Shown here: positions 35,319-46,762 of the stretch, in pieces
How positions within the stretch are numbered: the first letter of the stretch is position 1
Layout of the letters: every line of letters starts with the position of its first letter
Assembly: GCA_963803185.1 (NCBI GenBank)
Contig: CAWDMF010000039.1
Location: 8,337 to 72,336, forward strand
Length of the DNA stretch: 64,000 nt
Origin: an uncultured Gammaproteobacteria bacterium
GTDB taxonomy: Bacteria; Pseudomonadota; Gammaproteobacteria; SZUA-229
Direction of reading: 5' to 3'
Position numbers and translations under genes: made by a program
The notes under the pieces: model-generated
The model's input: only the letters and a program-made list of their open reading frames with translations
Databases searched by the model: none
What the model was told of the DNA's origin: nothing

Positions 35319-35497
35319 TTAGATCAATTAAAGGGTTGGGACGGGGAAATTAGCCACTTCATATCTATAGCTACAACAACCGTGTACCAGTTATGCATTC
35401 TCCAGGGCATCAAACAGATGCTTTTCACATTGGCTACTGCTATGCACCCAGCACTAGCCCAGGTCTTTACAAGCCTTGCCAGTATGAAACGCCGTAG

Positions 35498-35737
35498 CTA
35501 CCAGGTTTTAAGGTTTGTGGTGAAGTATGGAGCGCTGTTAATGATGTTGGCCGGGATCCTTATTCTGGAATTATGCATGGCTCTGAACGTGACCAGGGCA
35601 GCCTTGTTGTTGATGTAATTGAGGAGTTTCGAGCACCGTTTGTGGATCGACTTTTGCTCGGAATGATTGGTCGTGGTTTTTTACCAATTGGCGAAGGCGG
35701 TCAACTATGGCCGCAATTACTGGGAACGTTCACATAA
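35498..35737 (+). pseudogene. cas1: cas1 fragment (catalytic-helix region only)
   Basis: Frame not in the ORF track: GEVWSAVNDVGRDPYSGIMHGSERDQGSLVVDVIEEFRAPFVDRLLL matches the Cas1 G.DPY.G..H...SL..D..EEFR...DR signature; in-frame TAG at 35495. Confidence 0.75.
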
Positions 35738-35997
35738 ATTTTGTTCACGGTCTTCGATTCACTCCAGCTATAAACTTCGGTTGTTGCAGGGTCACATGAC
35801 TGGCAGCTGGTACCGCAGGAAGGGGTAGCTGAGTTTTTTTCTACTTTCCCTTTACGAACCCATAGCTCAAGCATGCCTCGTACAGCATCGGCGTCGCAGT
35901 CAAAGTGCAGGGCGATGTCACTGAGCGAGCACTGGCCACGTTGTTTGATATAGTCGCGGATATCTGACAATATCATTTGATCATTACCTGTTTTCAT
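35701..35997 (-). CDS. feoC: FeoC-like transcriptional regulator
   Basis: MILSDIRDYI...wHTH...WVRKGKV, CxxxCxxC; follows feoB. Confidence 0.85.
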   Translation of the reverse strand: MKTGNDQMILSDIRDYIKQRGQCSLSDIALHFDCDADAVRGMLELWVRKGKVEKNSATPSCGTSCQSCDPATTEVYSWSESKTVNKIYVNVPSNCGHS

Positions 35998-38375
35998 AGG
36001 CCCGTTTCTGTTGCCTCAGAAGTTTTAAGTGTTTCTTTGTGCGCCCATTGTCGCAGGCCGAAAATAAGGCTGAAAAATAGTATAACGACAGCCGCTAACC
36101 ATAAGCCTGAAAATAACGGATGTTGCGAAAAGGTGCCGACCTGGTAAAAACTGGTGGCAGTAATATAGGCAATTGACGTTGTCCAGGCAGCAACAAACAC
36201 TGCCCATGAAGTTCCTGCTTCACGACGGATGGCGCCGATGGTGGCAACACAGGGAAAGTACAGTAGTACAAATAGCAGGTAAGCAAATGCCCCGACCTGG
36301 CCATCGAAGCGTTTGAGCATGGCGCCAAAGGTTGCATTGTTAACTTCCTGTGCAGTAGCGGCAGCGTCAAGTGACTCGATGTCACCCACATTCATTTGCA
36401 GCGGGTCGGTAAACATAGTAGTAACCGCTGCCAGGTTTTCCGGAACAGTGGCAGCGGCATCTGTTACGGCCTGCCAGAAATTGAAGCTTTCTTCGTTATC
36501 CATATACCCGGCATCTTGTTTAGCAAGTTGTGTGTACAAGGTATCTAATGTGCCAACCACAACTTCTTTGGCAAGTACACCGGAAATAATGCCTAACACG
36601 GCCGGCCAGTTGTCTTCTTCAATGCCCATTGGTGCGAACACAGGGGTAGCCGCTTTACTTATAACCGCCAGTACCGAAGCATCTGAGTTGTTTTGTGCAA
36701 TGGAGCCATCGGTGCCAATTGCGCTGAGTACATTGATGACTAAAACCATCACCACAATAACCTGTCCGGCATCTTTGATAAACAGGCGTACGCGATCCCA
36801 GGTGCGCAGTAAGATGCCTTTAAGTGTTGGCATGTGATAGGGCGGAAGCTCCATCATAAATCCGCTGCTTTCGCCTGATAGTATGGTTTTTTTCATTAAC
36901 AAACCGGTCAATACCGCAACGGTGATGCCTATAAGGTAAAGCGCGAATACCAGGTTTTGGCCATTCGTTGGAAAAAAGGCAGCAACAAATAAGGCGTAAA
37001 CCGGTAGCCGTGCGCCGCAGGACATAAACGGGTTCATTAATATGGTAAGTTTGCGTTCACGTTCATTTTCTAAGGTCCGTGTCGCCATCACGGCAGGAAC
37101 ATTACAGCCAAAACCAACGATCAACGGTACAAAAGCTTTGCCCGGCAGGCCAATTTTGCGCATGAAGCGGTCCATCACGAAGGCAGCACGAGCCATGTAA
37201 CCGCTGTCTTCTATTGCAGATAAAAATAAATACAGTGCGGTGATAATCGGGATGAAAGTGGCAACAATTTGAATGCCGCCACCAAGGCCGTCAGCCAGAA
37301 CAATGCGTAAAAAGTCAGGTAAACCTATGCTGCTTAAAACTTCAGAGAATCCATCAACAAAGATTGCACCGGCAAGACCATCGAAAAAATCAATAAAAGC
37401 ACCACCAATATTAATGGTGAACATAAACATTAAATACATTACCAGCAGGAACACCGGGACGCCGAAAATCGGACTTAATACGACAGCGTCAATTTTATCG
37501 GTAATGGTTTTACCGACTTTGCCTTTTTCATTGATAACAGTTTGTGCTAATGCATGGGCGTGACTGAACCGGCTGTCTGCAATATGAATGTCAGCGTCTT
37601 CGCCAGCGCGCTCTTCAATGGCGGTTTTCCATCTACTTACTTCATCCAGCACTGAAGCGCCGCATTGTTGCTGAGCATTGTCATCACTCTCCAGCAGTTT
37701 AAGTGCCAGCCAGTGCAGGTTATCTTTGGTAGCTATGCTGCATTTTTCCAGACGCGGTATTAAATCGGCAATGGCCTGTTCTACAATTTCATCATGCGCC
37801 AGTCGAAAACCACCACTGTGTTCACCTGCAGTAATGGCCAGAATTTCCTGTTTGAGAATATCCATGCCTTCACCATTAATAGCAACAACAGGCACAACCG
37901 GGCAACCCAGTTTCTGCGACAGTTTTTTAATATCAATATCAATGCCGCGTTTACGGGCAACATCCATCATATTCAATACCAGTACTATGGGTACACCCAT
38001 TTCCAGTAACTGAGCGGTGAGATAAAGGTTACGTTCTAAATTGGAGGCATCAACGACATTAATAATGAGGCTGGCATCACGCGATAATAAATAATCGCGA
38101 GTGACTTCTTCATCGATAGAGCTGGCATCAAGGGAATAGATGCCGGGCAGATCATAGACCGTAATGGTGCGACCCTGAAGCTCAAAAACACCCTGTTTAC
38201 GATCAACAGTAACACCGGGCCAGTTGCCGGTTTTCTGGCGGATACCGGTAAAAGTATTAAATAGTGCAGATTTACCGCAATTGGGATTGCCTGCTATAGC
38301 TATAGTCAGCGAGTTAGTCTCGGCAGCATCGGCATCGATTTTGCCTGCTTGATTAGAGTCAGCACAGCAGCCCAT
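35994..38375 (-). CDS. feoB: Ferrous iron transporter B
   Basis: GNPNCGKS, GNWPGVTV, DLPGIYSL, NMMD, GFGCNVPA, PFMSCGARL. Confidence 0.96.
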   Translation of the reverse strand: MGCCADSNQAGKIDADAAETNSLTIAIAGNPNCGKSALFNTFTGIRQKTGNWPGVTVDRKQGVFELQGRTITVYDLPGIYSLDASSIDEEVTRDYLLSRDASLIINVVDASNLERNLYLTAQLLEMGVPIVLVLNMMDVARKRGIDIDIKKLSQKLGCPVVPVVAINGEGMDILKQEILAITAGEHSGGFRLAHDEIVEQAIADLIPRLEKCSIATKDNLHWLALKLLESDDNAQQQCGASVLDEVSRWKTAIEERAGEDADIHIADSRFSHAHALAQTVINEKGKVGKTITDKIDAVVLSPIFGVPVFLLVMYLMFMFTINIGGAFIDFFDGLAGAIFVDGFSEVLSSIGLPDFLRIVLADGLGGGIQIVATFIPIITALYLFLSAIEDSGYMARAAFVMDRFMRKIGLPGKAFVPLIVGFGCNVPAVMATRTLENERERKLTILMNPFMSCGARLPVYALFVAAFFPTNGQNLVFALYLIGITVAVLTGLLMKKTILSGESSGFMMELPPYHMPTLKGILLRTWDRVRLFIKDAGQVIVVMVLVINVLSAIGTDGSIAQNNSDASVLAVISKAATPVFAPMGIEEDNWPAVLGIISGVLAKEVVVGTLDTLYTQLAKQDAGYMDNEESFNFWQAVTDAAATVPENLAAVTTMFTDPLQMNVGDIESLDAAATAQEVNNATFGAMLKRFDGQVGAFAYLLFVLLYFPCVATIGAIRREAGTSWAVFVAAWTTSIAYITATSFYQVGTFSQHPLFSGLWLAAVVILFFSLIFGLRQWAHKETLKTSEATETGL

Positions 38376-38381
38376 AATGGA

Positions 38382-38627
38382 TTAATTTTCGAGGGGTTCT
38401 ACCAGCAGTTTTTCTGCAATGCCAGGACCCAGGGCGACACGAGTGCCAGAATTTTGAATGACCACGCTTTTCCCGCGATGATTGAGCATATTAACCACAG
38501 TGCCAACACGTAAGCCTAGTGATAACATACGTCTTACCATTTGTTTGCCGCCTTCAATTGAGGAGATGCGTGCGCTACGACCGTTTTGCAGGGTAAGTAG
38601 GCTGGTTGTTGGTTCTAAGTTGGTCAT
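38382..38627 (-). CDS. feoA: Ferrous iron transport protein A
   Basis: RRMLSLGLRVG, RVALG; start set at ATG 38627. Confidence 0.88.
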   Translation of the reverse strand: MTNLEPTTSLLTLQNGRSARISSIEGGKQMVRRMLSLGLRVGTVVNMLNHRGKSVVIQNSGTRVALGPGIAEKLLVEPLEN

Positions 38628-38646
38628 AACTAAAAAATAATTGTTA

Positions 38647-38667
38647 AAGAGAATAGTTCTCATTCGT
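38647..38667. promoter_or_regulatory. Putative Fur box
   Basis: Minus strand GAATGAGAACTATTCTC resembles GATAATGATAATCATTATC, about 20 bp upstream of feoA. Confidence 0.7.
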
Positions 38668-38878
38668 GATTGAACCATATTAGACCTATCTTAAATAGAA
38701 TGCAAGAAGCCCAAACAGGATATATTGATGTGACTGCTTGAGCTGACTTTAACGGTTTTTGGGGATTAAAAAATGTTACTGCAAGATTATGATGTTTTGA
38801 TAAAAGCTATAAATTTCAATTGATTATCGAATATAAGTGGAGTACTTATTTTTCTTAAAAAGACAATGAAGGGTAAAA

Positions 38879-41809
38879 ATGGATACTGAGCCAGGTAAAA
38901 AATACTCTCTACAAATCGCAATTAGTACATTATTTATTGCCATTACCATCATTTTAGGAATTATCCTGAGTTGGCAAAGTTTTAATAAGGTGTCTGAGAT
39001 CATGCTGGGATCTGCCGATAATTTGTATGAGCGTGTCACGCAGGAACTTATTCTTGATTTTAAAGCAACATATGGCCCAATTTCCAGTGGTTTGCGCCTG
39101 TTTCGATTATCACCGATTATTAAAGCTAAAACATTTGACCAGCGAATAGCCTATTTAGCGAATTTCGAAGCGGTGCTTGAGTCTGAATCTTCCGTCTTTG
39201 CGACCGGTATCGCCTACAAAAATGGTGATTACCTGGGGGTTTCATGGGTCAATACTGATTACGTGTCTGCAAAGTATAGTGTTCCTGAAGGCGCAGTTTT
39301 CATTGTTTTGTATATAAAAGGAACAGAATCAGAAGCTGGTTTTGATCAAGGAAAAAAGTACGTTATTTTTTTTGATAAAAACTTAAATGAAATTTCTCGA
39401 AATTCAGGTGAGGCGTCACAGTTTGATCCACGACTGCGTCCCTGGTATCAGCAGGCGACGGACACACCGCATGCAACCAAACCCTATTTGTTTTACGACA
39501 GCAAAATTGTTGGTTTAACTGCAATGACTAAAACACAGGAGCCGGGTGTGGTTGTTGTCTTTGATATTACGCTAGATAATTTAACTAAGACGATTTCAAA
39601 ATATCAGTTAACGTCCAGTTCAGAAGTGGTGTTGATAAACGCTGAAGGCCAGACCTTTGCTTATAAACAGCAGGATAAAGTTGTAGTTGATAACCCGGAA
39701 TCGACAACGGGTGAAACTCTGCGGCTGGCTAATTTGACTCAGCTCGGTAGTGGTGTGCTTTCGCATATTAGTAAAAACATTGAAATAAAAGAACAGGATT
39801 TCGAGTTTGACTATAACGGTCAAGTCTGGGTTGGCAGTGCTCGTATTGTTGCAAAACCTGGCGGTGTTAATTTATATGCATTAATGCTCTCACCAGTAGA
39901 AGAGTTACTGGTTGATGCGGTAGCTATTCGTTGGCACCTCTTATTGCTTGCGTTTATCGCGGTGCTTGTTTTTATACCAATTATCTGGCTTGCCTCAAAG
40001 AAAATCTCTACACCGCTAAATATTTTATCGCAGCAGGCTGAAGCTATATCGCGTTTTGAATTTGAAGAATCCCCTAAACAGGTTTCGTTTATAAAAGAGG
40101 TGCATAAACTTGATGCAGTAATGCAATTAATGAAGTCAACGATAAATAAATTTATTAAGTTGATTCATTCATTAGCAAGCGAGCACGATCTTGATGCTTT
40201 ATTAAAAAGTATAACGCAGGAAACAATGTTGATTAGTCAGTCAGATGCCGCTTTGATCTATTTGATGGATGAGCAGGATGATTTATTAAAAGCAGATTTT
40301 TTATGTGACAAAGATAACAACCAGGTGCCAATAGATGGCTTGTCTGTATTGAGTTTACAGGATGTGACGGCGTTATTGGCGGATAACAGTGTAACTAATA
40401 GCCGCATTATTGAACTGGATAAAAACAGTAAAAATAAGTTAACAGCGTTATTAGAAACATTGGATGTCGAGACATTAACAGGCATTATCTTACCATTGCA
40501 AAATCGTAATAACGATATTATTGGTTTGTTGTGTCTGCTGTTTAAACAGGGAAAATCTGAGATTAAAGCCAGCAATATTGATTTCGTCGAAGCCCTGTCC
40601 GGGTTTTCCGCAGTGACATTGGAAAGCAGACAGTTATTGAATATGCAGGAAGCTTTGTTACATGCCTTTATAAAATTAATTGCCGGGGCGATTGATGCCA
40701 AGTCGCCGTATACCGGCGGGCATTGCACACGAGTTCCGGAAATTACACTGATGTTGGCAAAAGCCGCCAGTGAAAGCACTGCAGGTAAATACAAAGATTT
40801 TGAGTTAAACGATAAACAATGGGAAGAACTGAGTATCGCTGGCTGGCTGCATGATTGCGGCAAAGTAACTACACCGGAATATGTTGTGGATAAAGCAACC
40901 AAACTGGAGACTATTTATGATCGTATTCATGAAGTAAGAATGCGTTTTGAAGTATTAAAACGTGATGCGGAAATAGATTGCTGGCAACAAATAGCTGAGG
41001 GTGGTAATAAAAAACAGCTTTTTGATAAATTGGCCAGGAAAAATAAAGAACTGGATGATGATTTTGCTTTTGTAGCGGAATGTAATGTTGGTGGCGAGTT
41101 TATGGCTGACGAAAAAATAGAAAGGTTGCAGGCGATTGCGATGAAAACATGGAAACGGACGCTGGATGATAATTTAGGTTTGTCGTGGGAAGAATTAAAT
41201 CGCAAAGATAAAAAAAGCAATGCATTGCCAGTGGAGGAGGCTTTACTGGCAGATAAAAAAGAGCATTTAATTGCACGCCACGAAATAGATAAAATACCGG
41301 AAGCTAATCAATGGGAATTTAAGGTTGATACGCCTGAATACAAATACAATCGAGGAGAGTTGTATAATCTTTCAGTGAAAAAAGGAACCTTAAGCGAAGA
41401 AGAGCGTTACATGATTAATGGCCATATGATACAGACTATCATCATGTTGAATAATCTGCCTTATCCAAAAAGTTTGCGTAATGTACCATTAATTGCCGGT
41501 AGCCATCATGAGACCATGGACGGTAAAGGCTATCCGAAACGGTTGTTAATGAGTGAGCAACCGGAAACCGCGCGTATGATGGTGATTGCGGATATTTTTG
41601 AAGCATTAACCGCCTCAGACAGACCGTATAAAAAAGCAAAGACCTTAAGTGAGTCACTACGTATCTTAAGTTTTATGCGCAATGATAAACACATCGATCC
41701 GGATTTATTTGACCTGTTTTTAACCAGTGGTGTTTACCTGGAGTATGCGAAAAAATTTCTTTTAGCAGAACAGATCGATGAAGTGAATATTGAAGATTAT
41801 CTGTGCTGA
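38879..41809 (+). CDS. Cache/HAMP/GAF sensor HD-GYP phosphodiesterase
   Basis: TM, DPRLRPWY, AIDAKSPYTGGHC, WLHDCGK, HHETMDGKGYP, ADIFEALTASDRPYK. Confidence 0.92.
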   Translation: MDTEPGKKYSLQIAISTLFIAITIILGIILSWQSFNKVSEIMLGSADNLYERVTQELILDFKATYGPISSGLRLFRLSPIIKAKTFDQRIAYLANFEAVLESESSVFATGIAYKNGDYLGVSWVNTDYVSAKYSVPEGAVFIVLYIKGTESEAGFDQGKKYVIFFDKNLNEISRNSGEASQFDPRLRPWYQQATDTPHATKPYLFYDSKIVGLTAMTKTQEPGVVVVFDITLDNLTKTISKYQLTSSSEVVLINAEGQTFAYKQQDKVVVDNPESTTGETLRLANLTQLGSGVLSHISKNIEIKEQDFEFDYNGQVWVGSARIVAKPGGVNLYALMLSPVEELLVDAVAIRWHLLLLAFIAVLVFIPIIWLASKKISTPLNILSQQAEAISRFEFEESPKQVSFIKEVHKLDAVMQLMKSTINKFIKLIHSLASEHDLDALLKSITQETMLISQSDAALIYLMDEQDDLLKADFLCDKDNNQVPIDGLSVLSLQDVTALLADNSVTNSRIIELDKNSKNKLTALLETLDVETLTGIILPLQNRNNDIIGLLCLLFKQGKSEIKASNIDFVEALSGFSAVTLESRQLLNMQEALLHAFIKLIAGAIDAKSPYTGGHCTRVPEITLMLAKAASESTAGKYKDFELNDKQWEELSIAGWLHDCGKVTTPEYVVDKATKLETIYDRIHEVRMRFEVLKRDAEIDCWQQIAEGGNKKQLFDKLARKNKELDDDFAFVAECNVGGEFMADEKIERLQAIAMKTWKRTLDDNLGLSWEELNRKDKKSNALPVEEALLADKKEHLIARHEIDKIPEANQWEFKVDTPEYKYNRGELYNLSVKKGTLSEEERYMINGHMIQTIIMLNNLPYPKSLRNVPLIAGSHHETMDGKGYPKRLLMSEQPETARMMVIADIFEALTASDRPYKKAKTLSESLRILSFMRNDKHIDPDLFDLFLTSGVYLEYAKKFLLAEQIDEVNIEDYLC

Positions 41810-41838
41810 GAATTGTGATAGTCAACAGCAAAAAAAAA

Positions 41839-41916
41839 TTCACCACAGAGACACAGAGTTTTACTTTGAACAGCGCCTACGGCGCAGTTAACAATAAAAA
41901 ATTTCTCTGTGGTGAA
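41839..41916. repeat. CACAGAG-type palindromic repeat
   Basis: TTCACCACAGAG ... CTCTGTGGTGAA with inner GCGCCTACGGCGC hairpin. Confidence 0.72.
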
Positions 41917-41991
41917 CCGTTTTTTAATTTTTTTTTCAAGTGCCGACCATGGTGGGTTCTCCCTGTGTCAGTTTATATCCGGGGTGATTAA

Positions 41992-42648
41992 ATGAAAGAG
42001 ACTAAAAACATAAAACATTACTCACTAACTGAAGAGAGGATCAATATTGGCTCTCATGCTGCTGGTTTTGTTTTAAGTGTAGTGGCTTTGGTGTTATTAG
42101 TCAGGCATGCGGCCATCTATGGTAATGCCTGGCATGTTGTAAGTTTTAGCATTTTTGGCGTAAGCTTAATGGTGTTATATGCCGCTTCTACAGTTTACCA
42201 TAGTGCTAAAAATCCTCGATTTAGAAGAGCAATGAGAATCGTTGATCATGCATCTATTTATATTCTCATTGCTGGTACCTACACACCTTTTACTCTGGTA
42301 ACGTTGCATGGTGTTACCGGTTGGGTGGTTTTTGGTGTGACCTGGGGTATGGCGGTAACGGGAGTAATTCTTAAGTTATTCTATACTGGGAAATATGATT
42401 CTCTTTCGACAGTAATGTACGTATTCATGGGATGGATAATCGTCTTTGCGATAAAGCCATTAATTAATAATTTATCTTCCGATGGTTTATTCTGGCTGGT
42501 TGCAGGCGGAATGGCTTATACAACAGGTGCGATTTTATATAGCATAAAAAAAATAAAATTTAATCACGCTATTTTTCATGTGTTTGTTCTGACAGGCAGT
42601 TTTTGCCATTTTGTTGCGGTATATTTTTACGTGCTGCCCGGTGAGTGA
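41992..42648 (+). CDS. Hemolysin III (PAQR) family membrane protein
   Basis: EERIN..SH, STVYH, DHASIYILIAGTYTP, HAIFHVFV. Confidence 0.92.
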   Translation: MKETKNIKHYSLTEERINIGSHAAGFVLSVVALVLLVRHAAIYGNAWHVVSFSIFGVSLMVLYAASTVYHSAKNPRFRRAMRIVDHASIYILIAGTYTPFTLVTLHGVTGWVVFGVTWGMAVTGVILKLFYTGKYDSLSTVMYVFMGWIIVFAIKPLINNLSSDGLFWLVAGGMAYTTGAILYSIKKIKFNHAIFHVFVLTGSFCHFVAVYFYVLPGE

Positions 42649-42697
42649 GCCGGTATTTATTGACGAATCCCTGGTTCAAAAAACAGGGTCAAATACT

Positions 42698-43072
42698 TTT
42701 GTCCGCGAAGAACGCGAAAGACGCAAAAAAAGCAAAAAGATAATTATCCACAGATGAGCGCAACGCAACCACTATGAACGGAAAGTCCATAGGTTGTTTT
42801 ATAACAATTAAAAACCAACTCACTATAAAACAGATATATTATCAAAAACTAAGGATATTATTAATTGCAGCCTTCCTTAGCGATTGTAAGCTTGAAAAAA
42901 CTTTAAATTATGCGTTTTTTATTTGCGTTTTTTATTCCGCGCAGTCCTGCGCAACACCCTGCGGGTCGCACTAGCCCGGATATTTCTCCAAAATTCTGCA
43001 TTCCTATGAAATATCCGGGCTAGCGTGCGTTCAAAATGTTCCCTACATTTTAGTGCGTTATTCGCGGACAAA
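42698..43072. mobile_element. Triple-nested palindromic element
   Basis: Outer TTTGTCCGCGAAGAACGC / GCGTTATTCGCGGACAAA; middle hairpin module 42934-43054; inner 16-bp IR element 42971-43023. Confidence 0.72.
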
Positions 43073-43201
43073 TGTCTTACGCTGTTGACTGTTGGGAAAG
43101 TGTGGCGATGTGCACAGCCGCATCATTTACTCCAACGTATAATACTGGACTGGTTGGTTTATGTTTGTGCGGGGTTTGAGTTGATTGCCACGGGTAACAT
43201 T

Positions 43202-43693
43202 TTAATACTGGTAATGTCTTTCTGTACCAAACTTCCTTTGTAAATCCCTCAATATTAAATAAGTCCACGGCCATAAAAATGTACTGGTAATGGTGGGCAT
43301 AAAATACAACCAGTTGTCAGGCGCACGACCCAGCATGCCATCAACCCATAAAGCGAGCGTCTGTTTTATTAATAGCAGGAAGAAGATGACTATTGCCTGT
43401 TGTAACAGCGAGGCCATACGCAAACGTTGATGTTGCAGGTGAATTACATAAATAACCAGTACCAGGCCCACGGCATGTTGCCCCATTAATGTGCCGTAAC
43501 TTACGTCCAGTAGCAAACCTGCAAACCATGCCATGGTTACACCGATTCTTGAAGGTAATGTCATTGACCAGTAAATCAACACCAGTGTCACCCAGTCGGG
43601 TCTATACACAATTGCCCAGTCTGGCAGTGGCATGATAGCAAGCATGAATGCACCGATAATGGTGATTAAACCGATTCGCAGTGTTTTATTCAT
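43202..43693 (-). CDS. mreD: Rod shape-determining protein MreD
   Basis: RPDWVTLVLIYW, GLLLD, LGQHA-like; mreBCD order. Confidence 0.93.
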   Translation of the reverse strand: MNKTLRIGLITIIGAFMLAIMPLPDWAIVYRPDWVTLVLIYWSMTLPSRIGVTMAWFAGLLLDVSYGTLMGQHAVGLVLVIYVIHLQHQRLRMASLLQQAIVIFFLLLIKQTLALWVDGMLGRAPDNWLYFMPTITSTFLWPWTYLILRDLQRKFGTERHYQY

Positions 43694-43699
43694 CGCGCT

Positions 43700-44701
43700 T
43701 TACTCATTACTGCTACCTTGCACCGTTGAATCCTTTTTCTGCTCTACTTTCTTTTCTGTATCTGTAGTGGTATTTGTAATTGTGTCTAAAATGATATCTG
43801 TTATCGTATCTGAATTAGTTGAAGTATTATTCGCAGGTTTTTTTCCATCCTGGGCCTGTATATTTTCTGTTTTCTCTTCTGCATCGTTACGCCATACCAG
43901 TAATACCTCTCGACTTTTATCGAGTTGTGCTAGTGGTGTTGCGATAATGGCTGCAAAGGGTTCGCCAGCGGGTCGTTCAACTTTAGTAATGCGTGCCACC
44001 GGATAATTGGGTGGAAAGACGCCGCCAAGGCCAGAAGTAATTAAGGTGTCACCCACTTGAATATCAGCATTATGTGGCAAGTGACGCAAGTTGAGCTGAT
44101 CCATTTTGCCGGTGCCAAATGCATTGGCACGTAATCCAGAGCGGTCAATTTGCACCGGTAACACATGACTGGCATCGGTGATTAACATCGCGGTTGAAGA
44201 TAACGGGCTAACATGAATAATCTGCCCCATGATACCCTGTGCATCCATGATGGCTTGTCCCTGGTAGACATCATTGTTGCTGCCTTTGTTGAGCAATATT
44301 AACTGTCGATATGGGTCAACATCGACATTGATGATTTCTGAAATGAGTAAACGTTCTGTGGTTTTTGAGGTGGCGCTTAATAGCTCACGTAAACGCTTAT
44401 TTTCTTTTTCTATGATATCCAGTTTTTGTAACTGGACGCGATTTTCCAGGTGACGTGCTTCAAAGTCACGATTTTTCTCAAGTAGAGTCTGCCTGCTGCT
44501 AAAGACTTCATCTGACCAGTAATAAAGGCGAATAGGTAAGTCTATGGTGTATTGCAGTGGATATATCACATTGGAAAGTGCGCTACGGAGTAATTCCAGA
44601 GACTTCCATCGGTGGTCTACGGTCATTAAAACGATTGAGGCAACCACAAGCACAACCATGCGAAACGTTGCAGATGGGCCACTGGTGAATAGTGTTTGCA
44701 T
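43700..44701 (-). CDS. mreC: Rod shape-determining protein MreC
   Basis: ENKRLRELL, LITSGLGGVFP, EVLLVW. Confidence 0.93.
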   Translation of the reverse strand: MQTLFTSGPSATFRMVVLVVASIVLMTVDHRWKSLELLRSALSNVIYPLQYTIDLPIRLYYWSDEVFSSRQTLLEKNRDFEARHLENRVQLQKLDIIEKENKRLRELLSATSKTTERLLISEIINVDVDPYRQLILLNKGSNNDVYQGQAIMDAQGIMGQIIHVSPLSSTAMLITDASHVLPVQIDRSGLRANAFGTGKMDQLNLRHLPHNADIQVGDTLITSGLGGVFPPNYPVARITKVERPAGEPFAAIIATPLAQLDKSREVLLVWRNDAEEKTENIQAQDGKKPANNTSTNSDTITDIILDTITNTTTDTEKKVEQKKDSTVQGSSNE

Positions 44702-44792
44702 GTGTACTGTGTAACTAAGCTATAAGACAGATGATCAGTGTGAAGACGGCTTGAGTGCTGAAAAAAATCATTGCGGAAATATATGTCTCCTT

Positions 44793-44890
44793 AACAACTT
44801 CTCAAACGTTGTCCGTACTTCCCGTATCTGAACTCCAGGGATGCAGCAAATGCATTGGGAGCGTAGGAACAGTCCTTGCCATGTGTGTCG
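44793..44890. repeat. Degenerate copy of the module-in-module composite at 56135-56233
   Basis: ACTTCCCGTATC-TGAACTCCAGGGATG...AAATGCA...TCCTTG-CCATGTGTGTCG aligns with the 56135 copy. Confidence 0.6.
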
Positions 44891-44933
44891 GCTATGTCCA
44901 TATTGCCATGCATGGTATCGCTGTACATGGTAA

Positions 44934-46019
<1,086 letters not shown>

Positions 46020-46102
46020 TCATATAGACATATCTGATGGCTAAACCAGGTAAGAATAGTAGAATTTATGAAGCCCTTGTTATTATAGTTCTTTAATTGT
46101 TT

Positions 46103-46253
46103 GAGAGCTTTTCACGAAGCATCTATTACGCTATGGCTGCGTTACAAACAGTCTCAAAATGCAGGGTTACGAAGTAATAAACTTTAAGTAAGCAGCGCTT
46201 TTTCAACACAATTGCCTTGCCCTGGTGAAAAAACTACATCGTGCAAAGCTCTC
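46103..46253. mobile_element. MITE-like element with GAGAGCTTTKCACGA terminal IR
   Basis: 15-bp IR with one mismatch; body homologous to 47049-47333 and 57701-57809. Confidence 0.75.
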
Positions 46254-46451
46254 TTATTATTGATAATAGAGCTTTTTAACAAAATTACCATTAATCCTGC
46301 GTCAATTTGGGCGTACTGTATCAATCAGACCGCTGTTGAGCAAGGTTTATCGTCTCCAGAAGGTGAATATTATTAAAAATGGCCGAAAACAGCCTGGCTA
46401 ACTTATTTATCAAGTGATTGAGTAGAGCATCTGGCTAAAATGTGGTAGCGT

Positions 46452-46703
46452 ATCGCCCCATAGTAAAAGCATATTTAGACGTGACGAAAGTGGTCAAATG
46501 CCAGGCGTGTCCTTGCCGGATAGTTGTTGTATCCCGGGAGGCCACAACACGCAGTTGGCCGTTTTCGTCTCGCCCGGAGGGAAGCCATTAAGTATACTAT
46601 TGCTGCGTTGTAGTTCTTACCAGGGCAATAACCCTTAGCTGCGAATACGCCTTGCACTAGTAAATTTAATGGCTTTCTATGTATGCATTTACTATGGGGC
46701 GAT
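46452..46703. mobile_element. MITE-like element with 22-bp terminal IR
   Basis: ATCGCCCCATAGTAAAAGCATA / TATGCATTTACTATGGGGCGAT (21/22). Confidence 0.78.
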
Positions 46704-46762
46704 GCACCATTTCCGCCTTATTTTGAAGTTCTGTGCCTGAACAAATTTATTTGGAGTTTTCC

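Noticed and set aside
35320-35500. CRISPR array beside the cas1 fragment
   Set aside because: No regularly spaced direct repeats here or elsewhere in the window.
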